A stretch of DNA of 64,000 nucleotides, from the NCBI GenBank assembly GCA_963836205.1, contig CAWIIV010000015.1, forward strand, positions 192,001 to 256,000, in the 5' to 3' direction. Positions 16,893-28,200 of this stretch are shown here, one piece after another. Under the pieces are notes generated by a model. That model worked only from the letters and a program-made list of their open reading frames with translations. It was not told the origin of the DNA and did not search any database. The translations under genes were made by a program, and so were the position numbers. Origin of the DNA: an uncultured Acidimicrobiia bacterium (GTDB lineage: Bacteria; Actinomycetota; Acidimicrobiia; Acidimicrobiales; AC-14). The stretch's first letter is position 1, and each line of letters begins with the position of its first letter.

Positions 16893-17435
16893 TCAGCCGC
16901 CGTAGTTCATGCGGGTGTCCTCCATGCGGAGCACGCCCGTGTCCTCGGCCTTCTGGAACCCGGCGTCGACCACCTCGCCCAGGAACAGGGTGTGGTCGCC
17001 CACGTCGACCTGCTGGCGCACGACGCAGTCGAGGTAGGCCGCGGCCTGGTCGAGCACGGGCGCTCCCGACAGCCCGTCGTGGAAGGCGAAGCCGTTGAGG
17101 GTGTGGGCGTCGAGGTCGACCTCCACCGGCTTGGTGAACTTGCGGACGATGGCCCGGTCCTCCCGGTCGACGATGCTGAGGGCGAAGACCTGCCCCTCCA
17201 GCAGCAGCTCGTGGGAAAACGCCTCCCTCTCCACGCTGACCCCCACCAGCTTGGGGTCGAAGCTCACCTGGGTGGCCCAGTTGAGGGTCATCCCGTTGCG
17301 GCGGTCGCCGGCACGGGTGCCGAGCACATAGAGGCCGCTCGGCATCGTCCACAACACCCGCCGCCGCAGCTTGTCGTACTCGTCGGCGTCCCGCCCGTCG
17401 GGCACCGGGCCGACGATCCCGTTGCTGAGGGGCAT
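16893..17435 (-). CDS. Flavin reductase family protein
   Basis: MPSGLYVLGT, NGMTLNWATQVSFDP, GDHTLFLGEV; TAGCGT-N6-ATG. Confidence 0.92.
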   Translation of the reverse strand: MPLSNGIVGPVPDGRDADEYDKLRRRVLWTMPSGLYVLGTRAGDRRNGMTLNWATQVSFDPKLVGVSVEREAFSHELLLEGQVFALSIVDREDRAIVRKFTKPVEVDLDAHTLNGFAFHDGLSGAPVLDQAAAYLDCVVRQQVDVGDHTLFLGEVVDAGFQKAEDTGVLRMEDTRMNYGG

Positions 17436-17444
17436 GGGCGGACG

Positions 17445-17732
17445 CTACCCCGTGGGGGCGAGGGCCTCGATCGTGGCCGCCAGCTCGAGGTCCTTGGCCG
17501 TGATCCCGCCCTCGCTGTGGGTGCTCAGGCGGACGAGGACCTTGTTCCAACGGATGTCGAGGTCGGGATGGTGGTTGGCCGCCTCCGCCTCGTACGACAG
17601 GCGGACGACGAACGCCACCGCCTCCTTGAAGTTGCCCAGGCGGTACTCCTTGGCGATCTCGTCCCCCGACCGCTCCCAGCCTGGCCGCTCGGCCAGCCCG
17701 GTGGTGATCTCGTCGTCGCTCAGTGTGCCCAT
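17445..17732 (-). CDS. phhB: Pterin-4-alpha-carbinolamine dehydratase
   Basis: AEAANHHPDLDIRWNKV and LSTHSEGGITAKDLELA signature. Confidence 0.92.
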   Translation of the reverse strand: MGTLSDDEITTGLAERPGWERSGDEIAKEYRLGNFKEAVAFVVRLSYEAEAANHHPDLDIRWNKVLVRLSTHSEGGITAKDLELAATIEALAPTG

Positions 17733-17822
17733 GACGCCTCCCCGATGATGGCTAAATGATGGCTGCCCTGGCCGAAATGACGGCGGACTGCGCCGCCGCA
17801 GGTCCTAGTTTGGTCGAGGAAC

Positions 17823-19154
17823 GTGAGCCTTCTGCCCCTGCCCGTCCGCGCTGCGGCCACCGCCACCTTCCGGTCACTGCGGGTGCGCAACTTCCGGCTC
17901 TTCTGGCTGGGCCAGATGGTGTCGGTGTCGGGCACGTGGATGCAGTCGGTGGCCCAGAACTGGCTGGTCCTGAACCTCACGGGCAGCGGCGTGGCCCTCG
18001 GGATCACGGTTGCCCTCCAGTTCCTGCCCATGCTCCTGTTCGGGATGTGGGGCGGCCTGGTGGCCGACCGCTTCGACAAGCGCCGCATCCTCGTCGTCAC
18101 CCAGGTCGTGCCGATGGCACTGGCGGTGGTGATGTTCGTGCTCGTGGCCACGGGGGAGGTCGAGCTGTGGATGGTGTACGCCCTCGCGTTCCTGCTGGGG
18201 CTGGTGTTCATGGTCGACATGCCCACCCGCCAGTCCTTCGTGGTCGAGCTGGTGGGTCCCGACGAGGTGCCCAACGCGGTCGGGCTCAACAGCGCCATGT
18301 TCAACACCGGCCGGGTGGTAGGGCCGGCGGTGGCCGGCGTGCTGATCGCCACTGTCGGGATCGCGTCCACGTTCCTCCTCAACGCCTTCTCCTACGTGGC
18401 GGTGATGGTGGCCCTGGCCGCCATGCGACCCGACGAGCTCTTCCCCCAGGCCCGGGCGGCCCGGGCCCCGGGCGCCATCCGGGCCGGGCTGCGCTACGTG
18501 TGGTCGACGCCGGTGCTGCGCTCCACCATGCTCCTGGTGGCGGTGGTCGGCACGTTCGGCATGAACTTCGGGGTGATACTGCCCCTCCTGGCCCGCTACA
18601 CCTTCGACGGTGGGGCGCCGCTGTACGGCTGGTTGACGTCGCTGATGTCGGCCGGCTCGCTGGTGGGTGCCCTCACCGCCGCCGGCCGGGTCGGACCGAC
18701 CCGCCGGATGCTGGTGGGATCGGGGGCCGCCTTCGGCGCCCTCACCCTGGTGGCGGCGGCGGCCCCGTCGGCGTGGCTGCTCGCGGCGGTGCTGGTGCTG
18801 GTGGGGGTGGCGATCATGCTCTTCCTGGCCACCGCCAACACCACCCTCCAGCTGGCCACCGACCCGGCCATGCGGGGCCGGGTGATGGCCCTCTACGGGC
18901 TCGTCTTCCTGGGCAGCACCCCGCTCGGCGGCCCCCTGCTCGGCTGGGTGTCGGGCCAGTGGGGCGGACGGTGGGGACTTGCCCTCAGCGGCGCCGTCAG
19001 CCTGGCCGCTGCCCTCCTGGCCGCCTTTCCCGCTGCCTCCCGCCGGTGGCAGGCAGGCCGGGGCCCGGTGCCCGCCACTGACCCCGGCACCGGTGTGATG
19101 GCCGGGCGGGCGGGGCCGGTGTCGGTCCCGGCGGCGCCCGATCCCAACTGGTGA
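17823..19154 (+). CDS. MFS transporter
   Basis: About 12 hydrophobic segments, GGLVADRFDKRR motif A, MRGRVMAL. Confidence 0.93.
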   Translation: MSLLPLPVRAAATATFRSLRVRNFRLFWLGQMVSVSGTWMQSVAQNWLVLNLTGSGVALGITVALQFLPMLLFGMWGGLVADRFDKRRILVVTQVVPMALAVVMFVLVATGEVELWMVYALAFLLGLVFMVDMPTRQSFVVELVGPDEVPNAVGLNSAMFNTGRVVGPAVAGVLIATVGIASTFLLNAFSYVAVMVALAAMRPDELFPQARAARAPGAIRAGLRYVWSTPVLRSTMLLVAVVGTFGMNFGVILPLLARYTFDGGAPLYGWLTSLMSAGSLVGALTAAGRVGPTRRMLVGSGAAFGALTLVAAAAPSAWLLAAVLVLVGVAIMLFLATANTTLQLATDPAMRGRVMALYGLVFLGSTPLGGPLLGWVSGQWGGRWGLALSGAVSLAAALLAAFPAASRRWQAGRGPVPATDPGTGVMAGRAGPVSVPAAPDPNW

Positions 19155-19179
19155 CGCCCGTGGCCGCAGGCGCCCGGGG

Positions 19180-21108
19180 CTACGGAGGGTCGGCCACCGA
19201 GTGAAGCGACGGGTGCTCGGCGCTCGACGTCGCCGTCAACAGGAGGACCTCGAACGGCTCCAGCTCGATCTCGAGGGCCCGGCCGGCCACCACCGTCGCC
19301 GGGGGCGCGGTCGGTCCGAAGACGAGGGTGAGATCGAGGGGGTCGTCGGGGGGGCACCCGAAGACCTCGGCCGGTACCACCCGGACCGCCTGGGTTTCGG
19401 CGGCGGGGTTGCGCAGGCAGAGCACCGCCTGGCTCCGCCGGTGGCAGGCGAAGCCGTAGATCTCCCCCGCGGCCGGATCGCCGAGAACCATCCGGCTGCG
19501 GCCGAGGGCTCGCCGATGCTGGCGGGCCCAGGCCAGCGACCGGGAGAGAACGGCCCATTCCGGCTCGCTCAGCGAGGCGGGGGCGACGTAGAGGTCGTGG
19601 TGCTGGGTGCCGCGGCCCACCATGAGCCAGCAGTGGCGCTCCCAGTCGACAATGTTCTCGTCAACATCACGATAACGACAGGCCTCCGACTCCACCACGC
19701 CGAACGTCACCAGGGCCGACACCGGCACCGCGCACCGGCGATAGAGGTGGAGGCGGGCGTCGATGTAGGTGGCGAACGACTCGTGGCGGGGGCCGGGGTA
19801 GCCGGCACCGGAGTCGTCGAGGCCTCCCCGCCACAGGAAGTCGGCGGTCGTCAGCCACCACGGAGACGGGTTGGATCCACTGGTGAAGGCGATGACCACG
19901 TCGGGGTCGGCTGCCCGGGCGTCGGTGAGGAGCTGGCGGAAGCGGTCGATCTGCACGGTGCGGCCGGCGTCGCCCGGGGGATGGCCGTGGCCCGCTTCGG
20001 CGCAGGTGAAGCGCACGCCATCGAGCTTCCAGTAACGGATACCGGCCGCCGTCCAACGGGTGAGCGTCTCCCGCAGGGCGGCCCGGTAGGCGTCGCCGGC
20101 CACGCACAGCAGGCCGTGCTCGTCGACCTCGCCGCCCCGTTCCCGGGCCCAGGCCACCCGGGCCGCCTGCCGATCGCCGTAGCCGCCGAAGGGACCGACC
20201 CACAGCCCGATGCGACCCCGCCCCCCCGCCGCCTCCAGCGCCCGCAGGCCTCCCGGGAATCGGGGCGGATCGAGGTGGGCCCACAGCTCGTCGAGGTCGT
20301 CCTCCTCGGCCCACCCTCCGTCCCAGCCGTCGTCGAGGCAGAAGTGGTCGATCTCCAGCCCGTGGCGGTCACTGACATCCGCGAAGCCCACCACTTCGGC
20401 CCGCACCGTGTCCTCGCTCATCGTCCCCGGCCACCCCAGGTGGTACCAGTTGTTGGTGAGCACGACCACCCGGTCGGGATGGGGTCGGAAGCGGTCGAGG
20501 TACTCGAAGAACTCGCCCGCCCCCACCACCGACGTCGGGCTGGCGAGCGAAACTCCCTCCTCGAGGACGACGCCGTAGGAGATGGAGCAGTGGCAGCCGC
20601 CGGCCACGGCCAGGTTGACCGCCCCCGGGTGCTCGATGCCGGCGAAGAAGCCGGGCCCGTACACGGGCTGGCCCAACCCGGGCGAGCCCGCGTTTGGTGG
20701 CGGCCCGGGCTCGATCTCGCCGAAACCCTCCACCGCCACCCCCTCCCACAGCTCCAGCTCGATGCGGTCGAGCCGGCCCGACCCGGTGACGACGACGCCC
20801 TTCTGGATCAGGCCCGTCGCCGGGTAGGCGGTGACCACCACCCACAGCTTCACCGCACCGTCGGGCGTCTCCAGCATCCACGAGAGCGGCGAACCGTCCC
20901 CCGCCTTGGGTGCCTCGGTGAGCGTGAGCTCGTCGTCGACGAAGCGCACCCCGTCGACCACCACCGCCAGCTCGGGGCCCGACACGGCCACCTCGCCGTC
21001 GTCGCCCCGGATCGACACCGTGCGGACGGTGCCCTCCCTGACCCGGTAGGTGCGGGCGACTCGGCCCGCGTCGAGGACGATATCGGTCGAGGGCGCATCC
21101 TCGGTCAC
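19180..21108 (-). CDS. Putative glycoside hydrolase (clan GH-D / alpha-galactosidase-like TIM barrel)
   Basis: FCLDDGWD and YWKLDG motifs, GLWVGPFGGYG; GTG at 21108 overlaps the upstream TGA; no signal peptide. Confidence 0.65.
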   Translation of the reverse strand: MTEDAPSTDIVLDAGRVARTYRVREGTVRTVSIRGDDGEVAVSGPELAVVVDGVRFVDDELTLTEAPKAGDGSPLSWMLETPDGAVKLWVVVTAYPATGLIQKGVVVTGSGRLDRIELELWEGVAVEGFGEIEPGPPPNAGSPGLGQPVYGPGFFAGIEHPGAVNLAVAGGCHCSISYGVVLEEGVSLASPTSVVGAGEFFEYLDRFRPHPDRVVVLTNNWYHLGWPGTMSEDTVRAEVVGFADVSDRHGLEIDHFCLDDGWDGGWAEEDDLDELWAHLDPPRFPGGLRALEAAGGRGRIGLWVGPFGGYGDRQAARVAWARERGGEVDEHGLLCVAGDAYRAALRETLTRWTAAGIRYWKLDGVRFTCAEAGHGHPPGDAGRTVQIDRFRQLLTDARAADPDVVIAFTSGSNPSPWWLTTADFLWRGGLDDSGAGYPGPRHESFATYIDARLHLYRRCAVPVSALVTFGVVESEACRYRDVDENIVDWERHCWLMVGRGTQHHDLYVAPASLSEPEWAVLSRSLAWARQHRRALGRSRMVLGDPAAGEIYGFACHRRSQAVLCLRNPAAETQAVRVVPAEVFGCPPDDPLDLTLVFGPTAPPATVVAGRALEIELEPFEVLLLTATSSAEHPSLHSVADPP

Positions 21109-22199
21109 GCCCGGTTCGCCTCGAGGAGCTCGAACAGGCGCAGCTGGGCCCGGGCCCGCGCCAGGTTGTGGCCGGGACGGGCGATGCGGAAGTAGACGTC
21201 GCCCCGCAGATGGTCGGTGAGGAAACGCAGGGCCGCCTCGAACGCCATCAGCGGTCCGGCCAGGGGCAGGGTGGCCCGCTCGCCGTCGGAGAGCAGACCG
21301 GGCACCGCCGCCTGGTAGCCCTCCACCACCGCATGGGCGATGGCCCAGTCTACGCCGAGGCGGTCGACGTCGGTGCTGTCCTCGGGACCGGTGGCCGCGC
21401 CCGAGCGGATGAGATCTCCCACGTCGAACAGGACCGTACCCGGCGCCACCGTGTCGAGGTCGATCACGGCCCTGACCTCCCGGCCGGACTCGTCGAAGAG
21501 CAGGTTCGCGGCCTTGGCGTCGTTGTGCACCAGGCGCGGCGGCAGCAGGCCCGCGGCCCGGGCCGCGGCCAGCTCGTCGGCCACCGAGGACGCCTGGCGC
21601 ACGCCGTCGATCTCGGCTCCACATCCCGCCACCCGGTCGGTGTTGTCGGTGGCCACCGCCGCCTCGAGGTTGGCCAGCCGGCGGGAGAAGTCGTGGAAGC
21701 CGGCGATCGGTTCGACCAGGGGTGGACCGGGAAGGTCGGCCAGGCGGGCCGTCAGCCGGGCCATCGCCCCGCCTGCCGCCCGGGCCGCGGCCGGGTGCTC
21801 GAAGCGGGCCATGGTGCGGCCGGGGACGAAGCGCCACGCCCGCCACCGGCTCCCGTCGGCCCCGGCCTCCATCGCTTCCATCTCCGGCCCCGGCCCCCCG
21901 GACCGGGTCGGGACGAGCCGGGGCGCACCCCGCCCGTCGAGGTGGGCCACCACCCGGGCCACGTTGGCCGCCAGCAGGTCGGGGTCGGCGAACACGTCGG
22001 TGTTGACCCGTTGGAACACGACCTGCTCCACTCGGCCCGGTGGCCTGCGGAAGGTGACCAGGAACGTCTCGTGGATGTGGCCGCCGCCGAGGGGATCGCA
22101 GGCGAGGAGGCGTCCGTCGACCGCGAACCGGCGGGCGAGGGCGAGGGCGAGGGGATCGGACGGAGATGGACCGCGGCCGGGACGACCGGCCGCGGTCAC
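21105..22199 (-). CDS. Aminoglycoside-phosphotransferase-fold kinase, N-acetylhexosamine 1-kinase-like
   Basis: GGGHIHETF, QRVNTDVF, VHNDAKAANLLF, VIDLDTV, LRFLTDHLRGDVYF, NLARARAQ. Confidence 0.82.
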   Translation of the reverse strand: MTAAGRPGRGPSPSDPLALALARRFAVDGRLLACDPLGGGHIHETFLVTFRRPPGRVEQVVFQRVNTDVFADPDLLAANVARVVAHLDGRGAPRLVPTRSGGPGPEMEAMEAGADGSRWRAWRFVPGRTMARFEHPAAARAAGGAMARLTARLADLPGPPLVEPIAGFHDFSRRLANLEAAVATDNTDRVAGCGAEIDGVRQASSVADELAAARAAGLLPPRLVHNDAKAANLLFDESGREVRAVIDLDTVAPGTVLFDVGDLIRSGAATGPEDSTDVDRLGVDWAIAHAVVEGYQAAVPGLLSDGERATLPLAGPLMAFEAALRFLTDHLRGDVYFRIARPGHNLARARAQLRLFELLEANRA

Positions 22200-22200
22200 G

Positions 22201-25200
22201 TCACAACAGACGGGTGATGCGAATCTCCGGCGCCGGCTTCGGCGTCCACACCGGGGGCTCGGTGGGCGGCGCCTGGACCACCGGGGCCGGGGCCGGCACG
22301 ATGACCGGCTCGGCCTCGACTTCGATCACCTGGTCGGCAGCAGACCACTCGGCGACAGGAGCGCCATCCGATCCACCGCTGGACGGAGCCGGACCCGACG
22401 GCGGGCTGAATCCGCCGCCCTGCCCGTCGAAGCCGCCGCCCAGCCCGCCGCCCGGCTGGCCGCCGCCGGGACCGTGGTCGTCGGGGCCGTGGTCGTCGGG
22501 GCCACGGTCGTCGGGACCACGGTCGTCGGGGCCCATGTCGGAGCTACCGGCCGGGCCGAGGGCCCGGGGCGCGTCGGCATCGGTGATCGACGCCCAGTCG
22601 AAGACGGGGACGGCCGTCACCGTCTCCGGCGCCGCCGCGACCGGACGCCGCCGGCCGGCACCACCGCCACCACCCGTGAACCGGGTGAACGCGCTCCCGC
22701 CTTTCGGACCACCCCGCGGACCGCGACCCGGGCCGCGGCCCGGACCTCCGCCCGGAGCCAGCGCCAGCCGCCCGCCCTCGGAGCCCCAGGTGGCGCCGAG
22801 GAGGAGAAGACCGGCCACGAGCAGGCCGAGGGCCAACCGGGCCGGGCCGCCGACATCGGAACCGGTGCGCCCGAGCGTGATCGGCGGCGCCGTGGGCTGA
22901 ACCGGCGGCGGGACCACGACCACCGGTGTGAGCGAGATGCGGGCGTCGTCGTTGGCGCTCGCCTGGGTGTTGTCGTTGTCGACGACCGTGGCGAAGACCC
23001 GGTCGACCTGGGTGGCTCCGCCCGCCCCCCGGAAGTCGACCGTGAACTGGCACTTGTAGCTCGCCCCCGGCTGGATGACGCCGCCGATGGCGCACGTGCC
23101 CCTGCCGTTGAGGTTGCCGTAGACGTCGTCGGTGAGCGACACCAGGGTCACCGGCTCGAAGCTGGTGTTGGTGACGGTGACGAAGAAGGTGAACGACCCG
23201 CCCGGTGCAGGCCGGCTGACCGGGTCGGCGTCCTTGATCACGGTGACCGTGGGCGGCACGTCGGTGAGGTCGACCCGGGCGTCGTCACGGTCGGTGGCCT
23301 GGGAGTTGTCGTCGTCGTGGCCGGAGACGGTGACGACGTCGGTCTGGGTCGCCCGGGCGTTGCCGGTGAACTGGCCGACGAAGGTGCACGTGACGCTCTG
23401 CCCCGGCTGCAACACGGTGCCGACGACGTTGAGGCAGGTGTTGCTGCTCACCTTCGAGTTGTTGGGATCGTCGAGGTTGCCGTAGATGTCGTCGGTGAGG
23501 GTGTCGATGGTGAGCGCCTCGGACGTGCTCGTGTTGGTGACGACGACGGTGAAGGTGAAGGCGCCGCCCGGCTCGGGCCGGGTCAGGGGGCTGGCGGTCT
23601 TGACGACGTCGACCGACGGCGGGACGTCGGTGATGGCAACCACCGCGTCGTCGTTGTCGGTGGCCGTCCGACCGTTGTCGTCGCGTCCGATGACGGTGAC
23701 GACGTCGGTCTGCGACCGGGGAGCCCCGGTGAACTGGCCCACGAAGGAGCACGAGAACGACGCCCCCGGCTGCAGGACGGTGCCGACTGCGTTGAGGCAG
23801 GTGTTGTTCGTGACGGCAGGGTTGTTGGCGTTGTCGAGGTCGCCGTAGATGTCGTCGGTGAGGCTGGTGATGGTGATGGGCTGGGTGCTGGTGTTGGTGA
23901 CGACGACGTTGAACGTGAACGCCCCGCCCGGCTCGGGCCGGGTCAGCGGTGTGGCGGTCTTGTCGACCCGGATGGTCGGCGTCGGCCCAGGAGTGATCGA
24001 CACGATGGCGTCGTCGACGTCGGTGGCCGTCTCACCGTCGTCGTCGACTCCCGTCGCGGTGACGATGTCGGTCTGGGTGGCGCCGGCAGTGCCGGTGAAC
24101 TGGCCGACGAAGGAGCACGAGAAGGTGCCGCCCGGCTGCAGGACGGTACCGACCGCGTCGAGGCAGGTGTTGTTGGTGACCTCGGGGTTGTTCGGGTCGT
24201 CGAGGTTGCCGTAGATGTTGTCGGTGAGGCTGGTGATGGTGATCGCCTCGGACGAGCTGGTGTTGGTGACGACCACGTTGAACGTGAACGCCCCGCCCGG
24301 CTCGGGCCGGCTCAGGGGGGTGGCTGTCTTGTCGACCCTGATGGTCGGCGGCGGCCCGGGCGTGATCGCCACGGTGGCGTCGTCGAGGTCGGAGGCGGTC
24401 TCGCCGTCGTCGTCGACTCCGGTCACGGTGACGATGTCGGTCTGGGTGTCACCGCCGCTCCCGGTGAACTGGCCCACGAAGGAGCACGTGAAGGACCCAC
24501 CCGGCTGCAGGACGGTGCCGACTGCGTCGAGGCAGGTGTTGCTGGTGACCGCGGGGTTGGCCGGGTCGTCGAGGTTGCCGTAGACGTCGTCGGTGAGGCT
24601 GGTGACGGTGATCGCCTCGACCGAGCTGGTGTTGGTGATGACGACGTTGAACGTGAACGCCCCGCCCGGCTCGGGCCGGGTCAACGGGTCAGCCGACTTG
24701 CTGACGTCGATGGCGGGCGCCACGCCGGTGATGGTGACGATGGCGTCGTCGTCGTCGGACACCTGCTCACCGGTGTCGTCGATGCCGGTGGCGGTGACCA
24801 CGTCGATCTGGGAGGCACCGCCCGTCCCGGTGAACTGGCCGACGAAGGTGCACGAGACGCTCTCGCCCGGCTGCAACAAGGTGCCGACCACGTCGAGGCA
24901 GGTGTTGTTGGTGACCAACGGGTTGGCCGGGTCGTCGAGGTTGCCGTAGACGTCGTCGGTGAGGGTGGTGATGGTGACCGGGGCCGGGCCGGTGTTGGCG
25001 ACCGAGACGTCGAAGGTGAAGGCGCCGCCCGGCTCCGGACGGGTGAGCGGCGTGGCGCCCTTCAGGACCTGGATGGCGGGAACCACGTCGGTGATGGCGA
25101 CGAGGGCCTCGTCGGAGTCGGTGACGGTGGTGTTGTCGTCGTCGACGCCGACCACGGTGGCGGTGTCGGTCTGGGCGTCGCCCCCGGTGCCGGTGAACTG

Positions 25201-28200
25201 GCCGGTGAACGAGCACGAGAAGGTGTTGCCCGGCCCCGGGCTGACTGCCAGCAACGTGCCGACTGCGTCGAGGCAGGTGTTGTTGGTGACCAACGGGTTG
25301 GCCGGGTCGTCGAGGTTGCCGTAGATGTCGTCGACCAGACTCGTGATCGTGACCGCCTCGACCGTGCTCGGGTTGGTGACGACCAGGTTGAAGGTGAAGG
25401 CGCCGCCCGGCTCCGGCCGGGTCAGCGGGGTGGCCGTCTTGTCGATGCTGATGGCCGGCGCCACTGCGGTGATAGTGACGACGGCGTCGTCGGTGTCGGT
25501 GACGCTGGTGTTGTCGTCGTCGACGCCGACCACGGTGGCGGTGTCGGTCTGGGCGTCGCCCCCGGTGCCGGTGAACTGGCCGGTGAACGAGCACGAGAAC
25601 GTGTTGCCCGGCCCGGGACTCGGCTGGAGGACGGTGCCCACCGCGTCGAGGCACGTGTTGTTGGTGACCGCCGGGTTGGCCGCGTCGTCGAGGTTGCCGT
25701 AGACGTCGTCGACCAGGCTGGTGATCGTGACCGGCTCGAGCGTGCTCGTGTTGGTGACGACGAGGTTGAAGGTGAAGGCGCCGCCCGGCTCGGGCCGGGT
25801 CAGCGGGGTGGCCACCTTGTCGATGCTGATGCCCGGCGCCACGTCGGTGAGATCGACGACGGCGTCGTCGGTGTCGGTGACGGTGGTGTTGTCGTCGTCG
25901 ACGCCGACCACGGTGGCGGTGTCGGTCTGGGAGTCACCGGAGTTGCCGGTGAACTGGCCGGTGAAGGAGCAGGAGAAGGTGTTGCCCGGCCCCGGGCTCA
26001 CCGCCAGCACCGTGCCGACGGCGTCGAGGCACGTGTTGTTGGTGACCGCGGGGTTGGCCGGGTCGTCGAGGTTGCCGTAGACGTCGTCGACCAGGCTGGT
26101 GATCGTGACCGCCTCGACCGTGCTCGGGTTGGTGATGACGAGGTTGAAGGTGAAGGCGCCGCCCGGCTCCGGCAGGGTGAGCGGGTTGGCCGTCTTCACG
26201 ATTGCGATGGCGGGCGCCACGCCGGTGAGGTTGACGACGGCGTCGTCGCTGTCGGTGACGCTGGTGCCGTCGTCGTCGACGCCGACCACGGTGGCGACGT
26301 CGGTGACGCTGTCACCGGAGTTGCCGGTGAAGTTGGCCGTGAAGGAGCAGGAGAACGTGTTGCCCGGCCCCGGGCTCGGCGCCAGCACCGTGCCGACTGC
26401 GTCGACGCAGGTGTTGCTGGTGACGTTGGGGTTTGCCGGGTCGTCGAGGTTGCCGTAGACGTCGTCGACCAGGCTGGTGACCGTGACCGCTTCCAGGGTG
26501 TCGGGGTTGGTGATGACGAGGTTGTAGGTGAAGGCGCCCCCGGGCTCCGGCAGGGTGAGCGGGGTGGCGTCCTTGACGATCTGGATCTGCGGCGGGTCGT
26601 CGGTGATGGTGACCACCGCGTCGTCGTTGTCGGTGACCACGACGCCGCCGGGGTTGGTGGCGTTCACGGTGACGACGTCGGTCTGGGCGTCGCCCGCGTT
26701 GCCGGTGAAGGGTGCGACGAACGAGCAGCTGTAGGTGTTGCCCGGACCCGGCGTGGGCTGGAGGACGGTGCCGATGGCGGTGTTGCAGGTGGAGTTGGCC
26801 CGGGTGGTGAGGTCGCCGTAGACGTCGTCGGTGAGCGACGTGATCGTGAGGACCTCGGTGCTGGTGTTGGTGACGACGACGTTGAACGTGAAGTCACCGC
26901 CCGGCTCGGGCAGGCTCAGCGGGGTGGCCGTCTTGTCGACGCTGATCGTCGGCAGGGGCGTGACCAGGGACTCCTCGTTGGGCGCTCCACACGGGCTGGT
27001 CGCCGCCGCGTAGGTGGCGTCGCCGCTGTAGACGGCGACCCAGTTGTACGTGCCCGCAGCCGTGGGCGTGAAGTTCTCGGACGTGGCCGTCGGCGGTGGG
27101 CCACCGCCCAGCGGGCGGGCCGCGCTGGTGAAGATCGGGGCACCGGTGCAGGTGGGGTTGCCCGGGCCGAAGAGGGTGAAGGTGACGGTGCCGGTGGGCG
27201 TCGGGGCGGCCGGGGGGGTGCCCGTGACGGTGGCGACGTCGTTGATCGGCTGGGTCAGCGTGACCGGCCCGGAGGCGTCGGTGACGATGTCGGCTACCGG
27301 CTGGATCACCACCGACTCCTCGTCGGGCGCGCCGCACGGGCTGGTGACCGACGCGTAGTTGGCGTCGCCGCTGTAGACCGCGACCCAGTTGTAGGTGCCG
27401 GCGCCGGGCGGGACGAAGTTGCCCGAGTTGACGGTGAAGGGCGCCGCCGCGGGCAGGGGGACGGCTGCGCTGGTGAAGATCGGAGCACCGGTGCAGGTGG
27501 GGTTGCCCGGGCCGAACAGGGTGAAGGTGACGGTGCCGGTGGGGTCGGGGGCCGGGGCCGCGCCCGCCGGTGACGGTGGCCGTGTCGGAGATGGGCTCAC
27601 CGACGTTGACCGGTGTTTGGGCGTCGGTGACGATGGTGGCCACCGCCAGGTTGACGACCGAGGCCTCGTCGGGGGCGCCACACGGGCTGGTGACCGAGGC
27701 GTAGTTGGCGTCGCCGCTGTAGACCGCGACCCAGTTGTAGGTGCCGACCGCGGTGGGCTGGAAGTCGCCCGAGTTGACGGTGAACGGCGCCACTGCGGGC
27801 AGCGGGACAGCTGCGCTGGTGAAGATGGGAGCACCGGTGCAGGTGGGGTTGCCCGGGCCGAACAGGGTGAAGGTGACGGTGCCGGTGGGGTCGGGTGCGG
27901 GGGCCGGCCCGCCGGTGACGGTGGCGTTGTCGGAGATCGGGGAGCCGATCGTGACCGGCGTCTCGGCCGAGGTCACGATGGTGGCCACCGACTGGTTGAC
28001 GACCGTGGTCTCGAGGGGCGCGCCGCACGGGCTGGTGGCCGGCGGGTAGTTGGCGTCGCCGCTGTAGACCGCGACCCACTGGTAGGTGCCGGCAGTGGTC
28101 GTGGTGAAGTTGCCCGAGTTGACGGTGAACGGCGCCACCGCCGGAAGCGGGACGGCGGCGCTGGTGAAGATGGGCGCCCCGGTGCAGGTGGGGTTGGCCG

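Noticed and set aside
21105-22199. Aminoglycoside resistance gene
   Set aside because: Motifs fit the NahK-like sugar kinase branch of the APH fold, and it is coupled to a glycosidase-like gene.
21340-27573. 2077-aa + strand ORF (and 27395-29734)
   Set aside because: Antisense shadow of the adhesin gene; GC-rich codon bias suppresses stops; no motifs of its own.
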